From assembly GCA_965229885.1 (NCBI GenBank), contig CBDDJX010000003.1:1875060-1939059 (forward strand): a stretch of DNA of 64,000 bases. The letters run 5' to 3'. The DNA is from Vicinamibacterales bacterium. Its GTDB lineage: Bacteria > Acidobacteriota > Vicinamibacteria > Vicinamibacterales > CAVVIG01. The notes beneath the pieces are model-generated. The model ran no database searches. It was not told where the DNA came from and saw only the letters and a list, made by a program, of their open reading frames with translations. A program made the position numbers and the translations under genes. Below are positions 44,889 through 55,500 of this stretch, one piece after another. Each line of letters starts with the position of its first letter. Position 1 is the first letter of the stretch.

Positions 44889-46316
44889 TCAATACAACAC
44901 TTTGCGCTGGTTCGACGTCAAAATCTTCAGCTCTTCGCGGTATTTCGCGATCGTCCGGCGCGCGAGCACGAGGCCTTCGCGCTGCAGGATGCTGACGATC
45001 TTCGAGTCGCTCAGCGGCTTACGTGGATCCTCATTTTCGATGATCTTCCGGATCCGCCGCTTGATCGTGACCGACGACACGCTTTCGCCATACGAGCTGC
45101 TGATCCCGCTGTGGAAAAAGTACTTCATCTCGAACACGCCCTGGGGCGTGTGCATGTACTTGTTGGTGACGACGCGGCTAACGGTCGATTCGTGCATCCC
45201 GATGTCGTTGGCGACGTCGCGCAGGACGAGCGGGCGGAGATGCTCGATGCCGTGATCGAGGAAATCCCGCTGGAAGTTGATGATGCTGTTCGCGGCCTTG
45301 CGAATCGTCTTCTGGCGCTGCTCGACCGACTTGATCAACCAGAGCGCCGAGCGGAACTTGTCTTTCACGTACGCCCGCGTTTCGTCGCTGTTGTCGGCGC
45401 CCTTATCCAGTAGACGCCGGTACACGGGACTGATGCGCATCTGCGGCAGCCCGTCGTCGTTCAGCACCGCGACAAACTGATCCTCGACCTTGACGACATA
45501 CACGTCCGGGATGACGTACTGCGACTGGGTCGGGTTGAAACGGCTGCCTGGCTTCGGATCCAGGTGGCGGATGACCTCGATGTGTTCCTTGAGGTCGTCG
45601 ATGGTCAGACCGAGCTTCCGGGCGATCTCAGGAACCTGGTGGTTCTGAAGCAGCCGCAGGTGCTCGGTGACAATCTTCTCGGTCGGTGTGCCTTCGAGGC
45701 TCAGGTGGCGCAACTGGAGGAGCAGACACTCCTGAAGATCGCGCGAGGCGACCCCGACCGGATCGAAGCTCTGAATCAGCCGCAGCGCCCGCTCCACGTC
45801 CGGCAGCGGCCACGGGCCCATGGCGGCAAGCTCCTCGAACGACGCCACCAGATACCCGTCGTCGTTCAGGTTGCCGATGATCGCCGACCCGATTGCCTTC
45901 ATCAGCGGGTCGTTGGCCTGCATCGACAGCTGCCACATCAGATGGTCCGAGAGCGAGCTGGCCGCCGACAGCGTGTTCTCGATCGGCGGAAGCTCTTTGA
46001 TCTCCTGCGCCGCGCGGGGGCGGTACCCGTCGTCCAGGTAGTCGCCGAAGAAGTATTCGTAGTCCTGATCGTCCCAGGTGTCGGTCTTGTTGACCTTTTC
46101 TTCCGTGTCCGTCTTTTCCTGCGTCGCCGCGGCTTCCGCGGGCTGCAAGTCCTCGGTGGGAACCTCCTCGAGCATCGGGTTCTCCACCATTTCCTGATTC
46201 AAGAGGTCGGACAGCTCGAGCGTGGACATTGGCAGCAGCTTGATCGCCTGCTGCAGGGAGGGCGTGAGGATCAGCTTCTGAACGAGCTTGATGTGGAGTT
46301 TCTGTTGAATGCCCAT
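44889..46316 (-). CDS. rpoN: RNA polymerase sigma-54 factor
   Basis: 475-aa ORF with an N-terminal Gln/Leu-rich region I (LKLVQKLILTPSLQQAIKLL), a core-binding region and the C-terminal RpoN box ARRTIAKYRE. Confidence 0.95.
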   Translation of the reverse strand: MGIQQKLHIKLVQKLILTPSLQQAIKLLPMSTLELSDLLNQEMVENPMLEEVPTEDLQPAEAAATQEKTDTEEKVNKTDTWDDQDYEYFFGDYLDDGYRPRAAQEIKELPPIENTLSAASSLSDHLMWQLSMQANDPLMKAIGSAIIGNLNDDGYLVASFEELAAMGPWPLPDVERALRLIQSFDPVGVASRDLQECLLLQLRHLSLEGTPTEKIVTEHLRLLQNHQVPEIARKLGLTIDDLKEHIEVIRHLDPKPGSRFNPTQSQYVIPDVYVVKVEDQFVAVLNDDGLPQMRISPVYRRLLDKGADNSDETRAYVKDKFRSALWLIKSVEQRQKTIRKAANSIINFQRDFLDHGIEHLRPLVLRDVANDIGMHESTVSRVVTNKYMHTPQGVFEMKYFFHSGISSSYGESVSSVTIKRRIRKIIENEDPRKPLSDSKIVSILQREGLVLARRTIAKYREELKILTSNQRKVLY

Positions 46317-46366
46317 GGACCTGGTCGGTGTCGACTAAGTAGCGTGTGCAATTCCCACGCCCAATT

Positions 46367-47092
46367 CTAGTCCAATCGGAACTCGGTCCCCAGATAAATC
46401 CGGCGGACCTCTTCGTCGGCGGTCAAGGTCGCCGGCGTGCCGCTCTTGAAGATCACGCCGCCGTGGACGATGTAGGCGCGATCGGTAATGCGGAGCGTTT
46501 CGCGGACGTTGTGATCGGTGATGAGCACGCCAATGCCCCGGTCGCGCAGGTGAAAGATGATCTTCTGGATATCGGAGACGGCAATCGGATCGATTCCGGC
46601 AAACGGCTCGTCGAGCAGGATGAACTTCGGTGAGACGACGAGGGCGCGCGTGATTTCCGCACGACGCCGCTCGCCCCCCGACAGGGTGTGAGCCGGCGCC
46701 TGCGCCAGCGGCGTGAGATTCAGCTCCCCGAGCAACTCTCTCAGTCGTGCGCGCCTGGACGACGCGTCGCCGTCCAGGGTTTCGAGGATGGCGAGGATGT
46801 TTTGCTCGACCGTGAGCCCGCGGAAGATCGACGGCTCCTGCGGCAGATATCCGATGCCCTTCCTCGCGCGCACATACATCGGATCGTCGGTCACGTCCTG
46901 GCCGTCGAGGACGACGCGTCCCGAGTCGGGCGCCGTGAGGCCGACGACCATATAGAACGTGGTCGTCTTGCCGGCGCCGTTCAGGCCGAGCAGTCCGACG
47001 ATCTCGCCGGAAGCCACTTCGAGGTTGACGCCCCGCACCACCGTGCGGCCGCCGTAGGATTTCGTGAGATCGTGGGTGCGAAGACTGGCCAT
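46367..47092 (-). CDS. lptB: LPS export ABC transporter ATP-binding protein LptB
   Basis: 241-aa ORF with Walker [12 protein letters not shown], signature [15 protein letters not shown], Walker [14 protein letters not shown] and the C-terminal LptB-type tail. Confidence 0.93.
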   Translation of the reverse strand: MASLRTHDLTKSYGGRTVVRGVNLEVASGEIVGLLGLNGAGKTTTFYMVVGLTAPDSGRVVLDGQDVTDDPMYVRARKGIGYLPQEPSIFRGLTVEQNILAILETLDGDASSRRARLRELLGELNLTPLAQAPAHTLSGGERRRAEITRALVVSPKFILLDEPFAGIDPIAVSDIQKIIFHLRDRGIGVLITDHNVRETLRITDRAYIVHGGVIFKSGTPATLTADEEVRRIYLGTEFRLD

Positions 47093-47196
47093 CTAGGCTC
47101 GCCACCACAGAGGACACGGAGGACGTGAAGGAACAATCTTTTCCGATCCGGATGTGAGCGCTGTGTCCTCCGTGCTGGAGATCGTGTCGTCGACCC

Positions 47197-49380
47197 TTAC
47201 GGGCACTGGGCGCTCCCCTTCGTCTGCGTCCGCGTCTGCTCGTTGCCGTCGATCGTGATGGTCTCGGCGGACTTGAGATAGGTGAGGGTCCTGCCAATCG
47301 TCTCGCGGCGGCATTCGTCGAGCACTTTCACAGGCGCGCCGGTGACGACATAGCGCTGGTCGGCGACCGTATACGTCAGGCGTGTGCCGGTCGTCGTGCG
47401 GTTCTCGTCGCGAAGCGTGACGTTGTCGTAGGCTTCGGCACGCTCCAGGTCATTGTCCACGGAGCCGCCAGCTCCAGCCGGGGCCGCCGGTTTCAGATAC
47501 AGCTCGATCTTCCCCGCCGTCAGGTCGCCGTCCGGGCTGTTCATGTGCGCGTTGCCGGTGTAGGTTGCGCGATGGGCCGACTCCTCGTACCGGAAATCAG
47601 CTGCGGTCGCAATTGATCGGACGCGTTCCGTCTTTCTGTCCTTGTTGACTCGGTCGCGCACCGTCACGGTCGTCACGTTGCCGCTGGCCGTCAGATCGCC
47701 CGTCTTGTCGTCGAGGATGATTGAGGGGCCCTTGAGCGACGTGTCGTCCTGCCAGAGTTGCGCATTCCCGGCATAGGTGGCCTTGCCGGTCGTTCCACCG
47801 TAATCGAGCGCGTCGGCGGTCACGTTCACCGGTTTGTCCTGCTTGAACATCGAGGGGAGGCGCGTGTCCGGCGTCGAGCCTCCGCCGCGGCCAGCCGTGA
47901 CGACGCTCTTGACCGCGCCCGCCGCCTTCACGCGGGGACCTGCCAGGGTGACGTCAATCCGCGTGGCGTCGACGGCAATCCGGTCGTTGACGACACGCGG
48001 CCGGACGGATCCCGGCTCCGAACCAGTCAGCGCCAGGACGCCCTTGTCGAGATCGTATCGAATCGCCGCCGCGCACATCTCGAATCGCGAGGATCGGCCC
48101 GACGCGCAGCGATCGTCGGCTCCTTCGCCGCCGCCTTCGAAGAAACGAACGAGGTGCGCGAACCTCGCCTCCTGAATGCCGGCCATGGCCGGCTTCAGCG
48201 TGACGTCGAGCGTGGCGGCCCTGGCGATACGATCGATATCGCCTCCCGGGCCTCCCGCACCGCGCTCGCGGAACTCGACGCCGCCCGTAAACTGCGCCTG
48301 TGTCAGTCCGCGCCCAGGCTCCCCTTTCGCCTCCATGGCCGCCGATCGGATGGTCCGCGCCGGCACCCCGCCCCCGGCGGGAAGCGCCAGCACCACCGAC
48401 TCGCGCGCCGTCAGCGCAATGGGCGTCGCGCCATCCGGAGCCAGCGAGACGTCGATTGTGCTCGCGCTGATCTGGCGGCCGGCGCTGCCAGCGGCGCCGG
48501 CCAGAAGGATTGCTCCGCCCCCCCTCAACACGGCATGTTCGAGCCTCTTACCGTCGGCCCCGTATGTCACATCCATGTCGCGCCCGGTCAATTCCTGCAA
48601 ATCGCCAGCCGAGCGCTTTTCCATCGTGATCCGCGAGTGGCCACGCAACTCGATCAAGTGGATTTGCCTTTCGTCCTCTGTGAGATGGGCCACCGCCGTA
48701 TCCGCGCCGATCACCTGACCGTCGCGCTCAAACTTCACGTCGCGCTCGAACCGGACGTTCTTCTCGCGCCGGCCAAACGCCGCACGGCCAGACCGAATCT
48801 CCACCGCACCGGTGCCGTGCTCGTCTGGAGCGACGTGCACGATTGCGCGATCGAGAATCACCAGCACGTCGCGAACCGTGTCGTACGTCATGCCGAGTCC
48901 CGACCCGGCCATCCGCCCGCGTGTGAACTTCACCGGACCCGTGGCACGCACGACGCCGTCTGTGCCGGAATAACTGGCGTGCTCGGTACCCACCGTCATG
49001 CCGTCCGATGCGGCCAGCCGCACGTCGCCGTCGATGTGGATCGTCGATTCGTTCTGGCCGACGTCGGCCTCTTTGCCGGTGACGGTGAAGCTCCGGCCGC
49101 CGGCGCGCTCGTCGGCGGCGATCGTGACGTTCATCAGCTTGGTGGATCCGTTGGCGTACGTGAGCTGACGCTCGTACGCGACGCGCACGTCTTCGCGCGA
49201 CAGCTTAAATCGCTCAACCCGGCCGCCGGTGACTTCGACGACGGCCCCGGGATCGGTGCGGGCGGGAGGCGGCGCCGGGGGTTGGACGATACGGCGCTTG
49301 AGCGCGAAGACGACGACCATGGCGAACGCGACCGCCACAAGGGCGATGACCGACCGGGCGCGCCGCTGCCAGGGGGTCAT
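47197..49380 (-). CDS. Membrane-anchored LptC-LptA/OstA-like multi-module periplasmic protein
   Basis: 727-aa ORF with an N-terminal TM anchor (VIALVAVAFAMVVVFAL) and an LptC-like module. This is followed by several OstA_N-type repeats (e.g. ADALDYGGTTGKATYAGNAQLWQDD, AADFRYEESAHRATYTGNAHMNSPD, AEAYDNVTLRDENRTTTGTRLTY). It sits directly upstream of lptB. Confidence 0.7.
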   Translation of the reverse strand: MTPWQRRARSVIALVAVAFAMVVVFALKRRIVQPPAPPPARTDPGAVVEVTGGRVERFKLSREDVRVAYERQLTYANGSTKLMNVTIAADERAGGRSFTVTGKEADVGQNESTIHIDGDVRLAASDGMTVGTEHASYSGTDGVVRATGPVKFTRGRMAGSGLGMTYDTVRDVLVILDRAIVHVAPDEHGTGAVEIRSGRAAFGRREKNVRFERDVKFERDGQVIGADTAVAHLTEDERQIHLIELRGHSRITMEKRSAGDLQELTGRDMDVTYGADGKRLEHAVLRGGGAILLAGAAGSAGRQISASTIDVSLAPDGATPIALTARESVVLALPAGGGVPARTIRSAAMEAKGEPGRGLTQAQFTGGVEFRERGAGGPGGDIDRIARAATLDVTLKPAMAGIQEARFAHLVRFFEGGGEGADDRCASGRSSRFEMCAAAIRYDLDKGVLALTGSEPGSVRPRVVNDRIAVDATRIDVTLAGPRVKAAGAVKSVVTAGRGGGSTPDTRLPSMFKQDKPVNVTADALDYGGTTGKATYAGNAQLWQDDTSLKGPSIILDDKTGDLTASGNVTTVTVRDRVNKDRKTERVRSIATAADFRYEESAHRATYTGNAHMNSPDGDLTAGKIELYLKPAAPAGAGGSVDNDLERAEAYDNVTLRDENRTTTGTRLTYTVADQRYVVTGAPVKVLDECRRETIGRTLTYLKSAETITIDGNEQTRTQTKGSAQCP

Positions 49381-49466
49381 AGGGAATGTGAGGATCTGAG
49401 GATCTGGGGACCTACGGATCTGGCTCGCCGATCAACTCCTCGAAAGATTCTCAAAGCCTCAGATCC

Positions 49467-51221
49467 TTACACCTCAGATTTCTTGAGGTCCGCCAGCGTC
49501 AGTTCCAGATAGGTGTTGCCATTGTATTGATTCTGCTCCAACGAAAAGGCCACGTCGAGCGCCGCCCGGTGCTCGGTCAGATAGTCGTGCCGCTCGGCCG
49601 CGCGCCAAGCCACCGCCCGAAAAATACGCCCGTCCTGCTTCAGCGCCATCTTGAGGTGCCGCTCCTTCAGCTTGCGGGGACCATCCACGATCTCCACATG
49701 GCGCGCCGCGAACACCGGGCGCGGGTTCCCGGCGCCAAATGGCGCCAGCGACGCCACGCCCGAGGCGACGCCCGCGGTGATGCCGCGAAAGGTCAGGTCG
49801 CCGTCGATACGCAGCCGCGGCATGAAATCCTCCAGGCCGAGTGTTTCGTCGGCCACGTCGTTGACGGCGGCGCGGAACTCCTTGATGCGGCCCGCCTCGA
49901 GACTGAGCCCCGCCGCCTGCTTGTGCCCGCCGAACCGCACCAGTAGATGCGCGCATCGCTCGAGCGCTCCGAGCATGTCGAAGCGCGGAATGCTGCGGCA
50001 CGACCCCTGCGCCACACCATCTTCAACCGAGAGCACGATGGCCGGCCGGTGAAACGCATCCACGAGCTTCGATGCGACGATACCGATGACGCCGCGGTGC
50101 CAGCCCTCGCCGGCCACGACGAGGATGGAGCGAGCGCCGATGTCCGGATCCGCCTGGACGAGCTTCTTCGCCGCGGCGACGATCCCTGCCTCTTCCTCCT
50201 GCCGCCGGACATTTTCCACATCGAGCTGCACCGCCAACGCCCGCGCCTCCTCCGCCATCGTCTCGTCGGCTGCCAGCAGGAGCCGGGTGGCGATATCCGG
50301 CGTGCTCATGCGCCCGGCCGCATTGATCCGAGGTGCCAGCATGAATGAGACGTTGAAGCTGTCGATGGTCTGGCCGGTCAGGCCCGCCACATCGAGCAGC
50401 GCGCGCAGGCCGACTTTGTGAGGGCCGCGCGACAGCAGATCGAGGCCGATCTTCGCGATGACGCGATTTTCGCCAACGAGCGGCACGACGTCAGCCAGCG
50501 TGCCGATTGCGGCGACCTTGACGAACCCCGGGAGCCAACTCTCGCGCCCGGCCCGCTGGCAGAGCGCCTGCACCAGCTTGAGGGCCACGCCGACTCCCGC
50601 GAGGTACTTGTCCGGGTACGGGCAGTCGTGGCGCTTCGGATTGATCACGGCAAATGCCGGCGGCAGGCCGACGTCTGGTTCGTGGTGATCCGTGATGATC
50701 AGGTCGACGCCGAGCTCGCGCGCGCGGCGGGCGGCGTCGGCCCCGCGGATCCCGCAGTCGACCGACACGACGAGCGAGACCCCGCCCGCGTGCAGACGAT
50801 CGATCGCGGCAGGCTGGAGGCCGTAGCCGTCGCGCAGGCGCTCGGGGATGAAGTGGATCACGTCGGCGCCAAGCAGTTCGAGGGCCCGGCGGAGAATGAC
50901 GGTCGAGGTGACGCCATCGACATCGTAGTCGCCGTGGATGGCGATCCGTTCCCTGCGCGCAATCGCGCTCATGATCCGATCGACCGCCACGCGCATGTCG
51001 ACCATCAGCATCGGATCGTGCAGCTGCTCGAGGGTGGGGTTCAGAAAGCGACGCGCGAGATCCGGATCGCCCAGCCCGCGCTGGCAGAGGAGCCGCGCGA
51101 CGGGCGGCTCAATGCTCAGCGCCGACGCCAGGCGCACGGCGGCTTCCTCGTCGCACTCCTGCGATTGCCAAATCGGTCCGACGACAGGCATTAGAAACGG
51201 CCCATCCCTTGCGCGCCACAA
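49467..51221 (-). CDS. recJ: Single-stranded-DNA-specific exonuclease RecJ
   Basis: 584-aa ORF with DHH motifs (IAIHGDYDVDGVTS, SVDCG, ITDHH) and DHHA1 (GGHKQAAG). An alternative ATG start is at 51191. Confidence 0.93.
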   Translation of the reverse strand: MWRARDGPFLMPVVGPIWQSQECDEEAAVRLASALSIEPPVARLLCQRGLGDPDLARRFLNPTLEQLHDPMLMVDMRVAVDRIMSAIARRERIAIHGDYDVDGVTSTVILRRALELLGADVIHFIPERLRDGYGLQPAAIDRLHAGGVSLVVSVDCGIRGADAARRARELGVDLIITDHHEPDVGLPPAFAVINPKRHDCPYPDKYLAGVGVALKLVQALCQRAGRESWLPGFVKVAAIGTLADVVPLVGENRVIAKIGLDLLSRGPHKVGLRALLDVAGLTGQTIDSFNVSFMLAPRINAAGRMSTPDIATRLLLAADETMAEEARALAVQLDVENVRRQEEEAGIVAAAKKLVQADPDIGARSILVVAGEGWHRGVIGIVASKLVDAFHRPAIVLSVEDGVAQGSCRSIPRFDMLGALERCAHLLVRFGGHKQAAGLSLEAGRIKEFRAAVNDVADETLGLEDFMPRLRIDGDLTFRGITAGVASGVASLAPFGAGNPRPVFAARHVEIVDGPRKLKERHLKMALKQDGRIFRAVAWRAAERHDYLTEHRAALDVAFSLEQNQYNGNTYLELTLADLKKSEV

Positions 51222-51628
51222 GCGCTACCACGGAGGGCACTGACACGCACGGAGGACACGGAGTATATCTCATCCATGGCAGCGTCACGAACAGCATCCT
51301 CAGCGCTGTCTATCAAGTTCGTTCCAAATTGGGGCCAGGATTGTTGGAGAGGCCGTATCGGGTTTGTATGGCGCACGAACAGGACACACTCGGCGTCAGC
51401 TTCCAGGTCGAAAAGACTTTTCCCGTCACTTACGACTGAATGTCGATTGAGTTCGGTTACCGTGTCGATCTCCTTGTCGAAGAAGTGGCGGTCGTCGAGA
51501 TCAAAGCCGTGGAGAACATTCTTCCCGTTCATGAGGCGCAGCTACTCTCGTATCTGAAGCTGACGTCCGTGGTAGTGCCTCCTGCGACCGCTCGGTCAGC
51601 TTCCTTCATCTACAAAATCAATCCCTAG
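51209..51628 (+). pseudogene. GxxExxY-family (PD-(D/E)XK-like) protein remnant with an in-frame TGA and a divergent C-terminus
   Basis: ORFs 51209..51439 and 51440..51628 are in the same frame: ...ILSAVYQVRSKLGPGLLERPYRVCMAHEQDTLGVSFQVEKTFPVTYD*MSIEFGYRVDLLVEEVAVVEIKAVENILPVHEAQLLSYLKLTS... The usual GLLINF end is missing and the 3' end overlaps the accA stop. Confidence 0.6.
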
Positions 51629-52567
51629 CCGCCCCATGTTCCTGAACTTGTCGTAGCGCCGCGCCAGCCTGATCTCCCGGTCGAGTGCACTGACGTCGCC
51701 GAGTACCCTCTCGAGAACGCTATCGACAATCCGTGCGGCAGCCGCCGGATCGGTGTGCGCGCCGCCGATCGGCTCGGGCACGATTTCGTCGATGATCCCG
51801 GCCCTCAGCAGGTCGGGCGCCGTGATCTTGAGTGCAGCGGCCGCCTCCACCTTCTTCGTCGGATCGCGCCATAGGATGGCCGCGCAGCCTTCTGGCGGAA
51901 TCACGCTGTAGATCGCGTACTCCTGCATCAGCACCCGATCGCCGACCGCGATACCGAGCGCGCCGCCGCTTCCCCCCTCGCCGTTGACGATGATGACGAT
52001 CGATGTATCGAGGAGCATCATGTCCCGGATGTTGACCGCAATCGCCTCGGCCACGCCGCGTTCCTCGGACTCGATCCCCGGATACGCGGCCGGCGTATCG
52101 ACGAAGACGATGATGGGGCGGCCGAATTTCTCGGCGAGCCACATCGCGCGAAGCGCCTTGCGGTACCCCTCGGGCCGCGCGTACCCGAAATTCCTGAAGA
52201 TCTTGTCCTTCGTATCGCCGCCCTTGACGTGCCCGACGAGGAGCACGGGCTGGCCCTTGTAGTCGGCGAACCCGGCCATGATCGCGTGGTCGTCGGCGAA
52301 GCGCCGGTCGCCGTGAATCTCGACGAAATTGGTGAACAGGCGCTGGATGACATCCTCGAGGCCGGGACGGCTGGGATGCCGCGCCACGAGCACGCGTTGC
52401 CACGGCGTCAGCGATCGATAGAGATCGCCCCGTACCGTCTCAAGTCGACGCGTCAGCGATTCGAGCTCGCGCTCGCGCGCATCTGTCCGCGGCAGCACCG
52501 TGAGCGCCTCGATCTCCGCCAAGAGCACGGCGATCGGCTCCTCGAAGTCCAGCGTTTCCAGCGGCAT
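51596..52567 (-). CDS. accA: Acetyl-CoA carboxylase carboxyltransferase subunit alpha
   Basis: ATG at 52567 overlaps the dnaE TAA (TAATG). The sequence runs MPLETLDFEEPIAVLLAEIEAL...RPGLEDVIQRLFTNFVEIHGDR...FGRPIIVFVDTPAAYPGIESEERGVAEAIA...GEGGSGGALGI. The longer track ORF start at 53026 lies inside dnaE. Confidence 0.95.
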   Translation of the reverse strand: MPLETLDFEEPIAVLLAEIEALTVLPRTDARERELESLTRRLETVRGDLYRSLTPWQRVLVARHPSRPGLEDVIQRLFTNFVEIHGDRRFADDHAIMAGFADYKGQPVLLVGHVKGGDTKDKIFRNFGYARPEGYRKALRAMWLAEKFGRPIIVFVDTPAAYPGIESEERGVAEAIAVNIRDMMLLDTSIVIIVNGEGGSGGALGIAVGDRVLMQEYAIYSVIPPEGCAAILWRDPTKKVEAAAALKITAPDLLRAGIIDEIVPEPIGGAHTDPAAAARIVDSVLERVLGDVSALDREIRLARRYDKFRNMGRLGIDFVDEGS

Positions 52568-55500
52568 TACCGCAACTCCACTGAACCGGTGCCGACGACC
52601 TGCTCGACTTCCGCGATGAGGGCGGGTGAGGGCCGCACGCGGATCTGCGAGCTCACGTCCACCCGCACGCGCAGATGACCAGCGGTCTCCACGTCGAACG
52701 ACACTTTCCGATCGCCGCGATGGCGCGAGACGATGTCGAGCAGCGCCTGGAGGACGCCGTTGGCTGGGGTCTTGAGCCGGATGTTCACCTCGCGCGTCAC
52801 GCGCTCGCGGACGCTGTCGAGCGGCGCAATCTCCGACGCCAGCAGCCGCACCGATTCGTCGTCTCGCTCGAGCTTCCCTCGGATGAGCACGAGCGTACCG
52901 CTCTCGATCGATGCCGCGCTGCGCTGATAGGTGTCCGGAAACGCAATCACCTCGACGCCGCCCTGCGAGTCTTCGACGGTGAAGACCGCCATGCGGTCGC
53001 CCTTGCGCGTCTTGAGCTGGCGGCACGCGGCGATGATCCCGCCGACGCTCGTGTCCGGCTCGATGGGCCTGGGACCGCCGGGCCCCCAGGCGTCGCGGCG
53101 CCCGCCGCTGACGTCGCTGACGTCGTTGACAGGGGCGTCCGCGAGCTCCCCGGTTGCCCGCGCGCCGAACGCCTTCAGGGCGGCGGCGTACCGATCCACC
53201 GGGTGGCCGCTCCAGTAGAGGCCCAGCGTCTCCTTCTCGAAGGTGAGCTGCTCGGTGTCAGACCAGGGCCTGGCCTCCGGTAGAGGGACGCGCTCCAGGG
53301 CGTCGGCGGCAGAGCCGAGCGATGGCTCTGCCCCGAACAACTGCGCCTGCCCTTCGTTCGTATCGCGCTGCACGCGCACGCCATGCTCGCAGGCCGCATC
53401 GATCGCCGCCAGTAACCGCGGCCGCAAGGCGAGCGTCGGTAGCGAGTCGTACGCGGCCTGCCCGCGAACGATCGAATCGAACGCGCCGGCCTTGGTCAGG
53501 CTCTCGAACACGCGCCTGTTCACGAGGCGCAGATCGAGACCTTCGCAGAGCCCGGGGAGCGACGTGATGCGGCCCCGCTTCTTCCGGACCTCGAGCAGCG
53601 ACAGGACGGCGCCCTCGCCCACGTTCCTTATCGCGGTCAGGCCGAAACGGACGCCCGTGCCCGGCTCGACGGTGAATCGTAGCTGGCTCTCGTTGATGTC
53701 CGGCGGCAGCACGGGAATACCTCGCTCGCGGCACTCGCCGAGGTACAGCGCGAGCTTGTCGGCGTTCTGCGCTTCAATGGTCAGGAGCGATGCCGCGAAG
53801 TGCCAGGCGTAGTTCGCTTTGAGGTACGCCGTCTGATAGGCGAGCAGGGCGTAGGCCGTCGAGTGCGACTTGTTGAAGCCGTACCCGGCGAAATGTTCCA
53901 TCAGGTCGAAAATCCCGCCTGCCTTCTTCTCGCTCGTCCCCTTGCTCTTCGCACCGTCTACGAACTTTCTGCGCATCGTGGCCATCACGTCAGCCTGCTT
54001 CTTGCCCATCGCCTTGCGCAGCACATCCGCCTGGCCGAGCGTGAAGCCGGCCAGCACGTTCGAGATGCGCATGACCTGTTCCTGGTACGCGATGACGCCG
54101 TAGGTCTCGGCGAGAATCGGCTCGAGGGCCGGCAGCTCGTACTTCACCGCGGTCTTGCCCTGCTTGCGCGCGATGTAGTCGTCGACCATCCCGCTTCGGA
54201 GCGGGCCCGGCCGGTAGAGCGCGTTCAATGCGATGAGATCCTCGAGCCTCTGCGGCTTGGCCTTGCGGAGAATGTCGCGCATGCCGCTGCTCTCGAATTG
54301 AAAGATGCCGTATGTCTGCCCATCCTGAAACAGCTGATACGTCTTCGCATCGTCGAGCGGCACCTGGTCGATATCGAGCTTCTCGCCCGTTGTACGCTCG
54401 ATCTCGACGATCGCGTCGGCGATGAGCGTCAGGGTGCTCAGGCCCAGGAAATCCATCTTGAGCAGACCGATGCGCTCGATCTCCTTCATGGACCACTGGG
54501 TCGTGATTTCGTCTCGCGCGCCCTTGTATAGCGGCGCGTACTCGGTGATCGCCGTCGGCGCGATCACGACGCCGGCGGCGTGGACCGACGCGTGCCGCGT
54601 CATCCCTTCGAGCCGCCTGGCGACGGCGAGTAGTTCCTTGACCCTTGGGTCGGTCTGCTCCATTTCCTTCAGCGCCGGATTCTCCTCGAGCGCTTTATCC
54701 AGCGTCATGTCGAGCGTCGCCGGGATCTGCTTGGCGACCTTGTCGACATCGGCGAACGGCATCTCGAGCACACGGCCCACATCCCGGACGACCGCCTTGG
54801 CCTTCATCGTCCCGAACGTGATGATCTGCGCGACGTTCTCACGGCCGTACTTCCGCGTGACGTATTCGATGACCTCGCCGCGCCGCCGCTCGCAGAAATC
54901 GATGTCGATGTCAGGCAGCGACACGCGCTCGGGATTGAGAAAACGTTCGAAGATTAGGTCGAAGTCGAGCGGATCCACGTCGGTGATGCGCAGGCAGTAC
55001 GCGACGAGGCTACCAGCCGCGGAGCCGCGCCCTGGACCCACCGGAATCCCCTGCTCGCGCGCGTAGCGGATGAAATCCCACACGATCAGGAAATACCCCG
55101 GGTACTTCATCTGCTTGATCATGTCGATCTCGTACGACAGCCGCCGCTCGTACTCGTCGATCGTGTGCCGGAGCGCGCCGGTGTTCGCGAGCTGCCTGAG
55201 CCGCGGCAGCCGGTCCGTGAAGCCCTCGCGCGCGACGTGCTCGAAGTACTCGTCGAGCGTGTACGGCGGGGGGACATCGAAGTTCGGCAGGAAGTTCTCC
55301 CCTTCGGCGAGGAGGACGTCGCATCGCTCCGCAATCCTGACGGTGTTCGCGAGCGCGTCCGGATAATCCTTGAACACCTCGGCCATCTGCTCGGGCGTCT
55401 TCAGGAAGAAGTTGCGGCTCTCGTACCGCATCCGCTTCGTGTCGCTGTACGTCTTGCCCGTACCGATGCACAGGAGGATGTCGTGCGGGTGCGCGTCGGT

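Noticed and set aside
47758-49512. 584-aa plus-strand ORF
   Set aside because: It is antisense to the LptC/LptA-like gene. It has an Arg/His-rich composition and no motifs.
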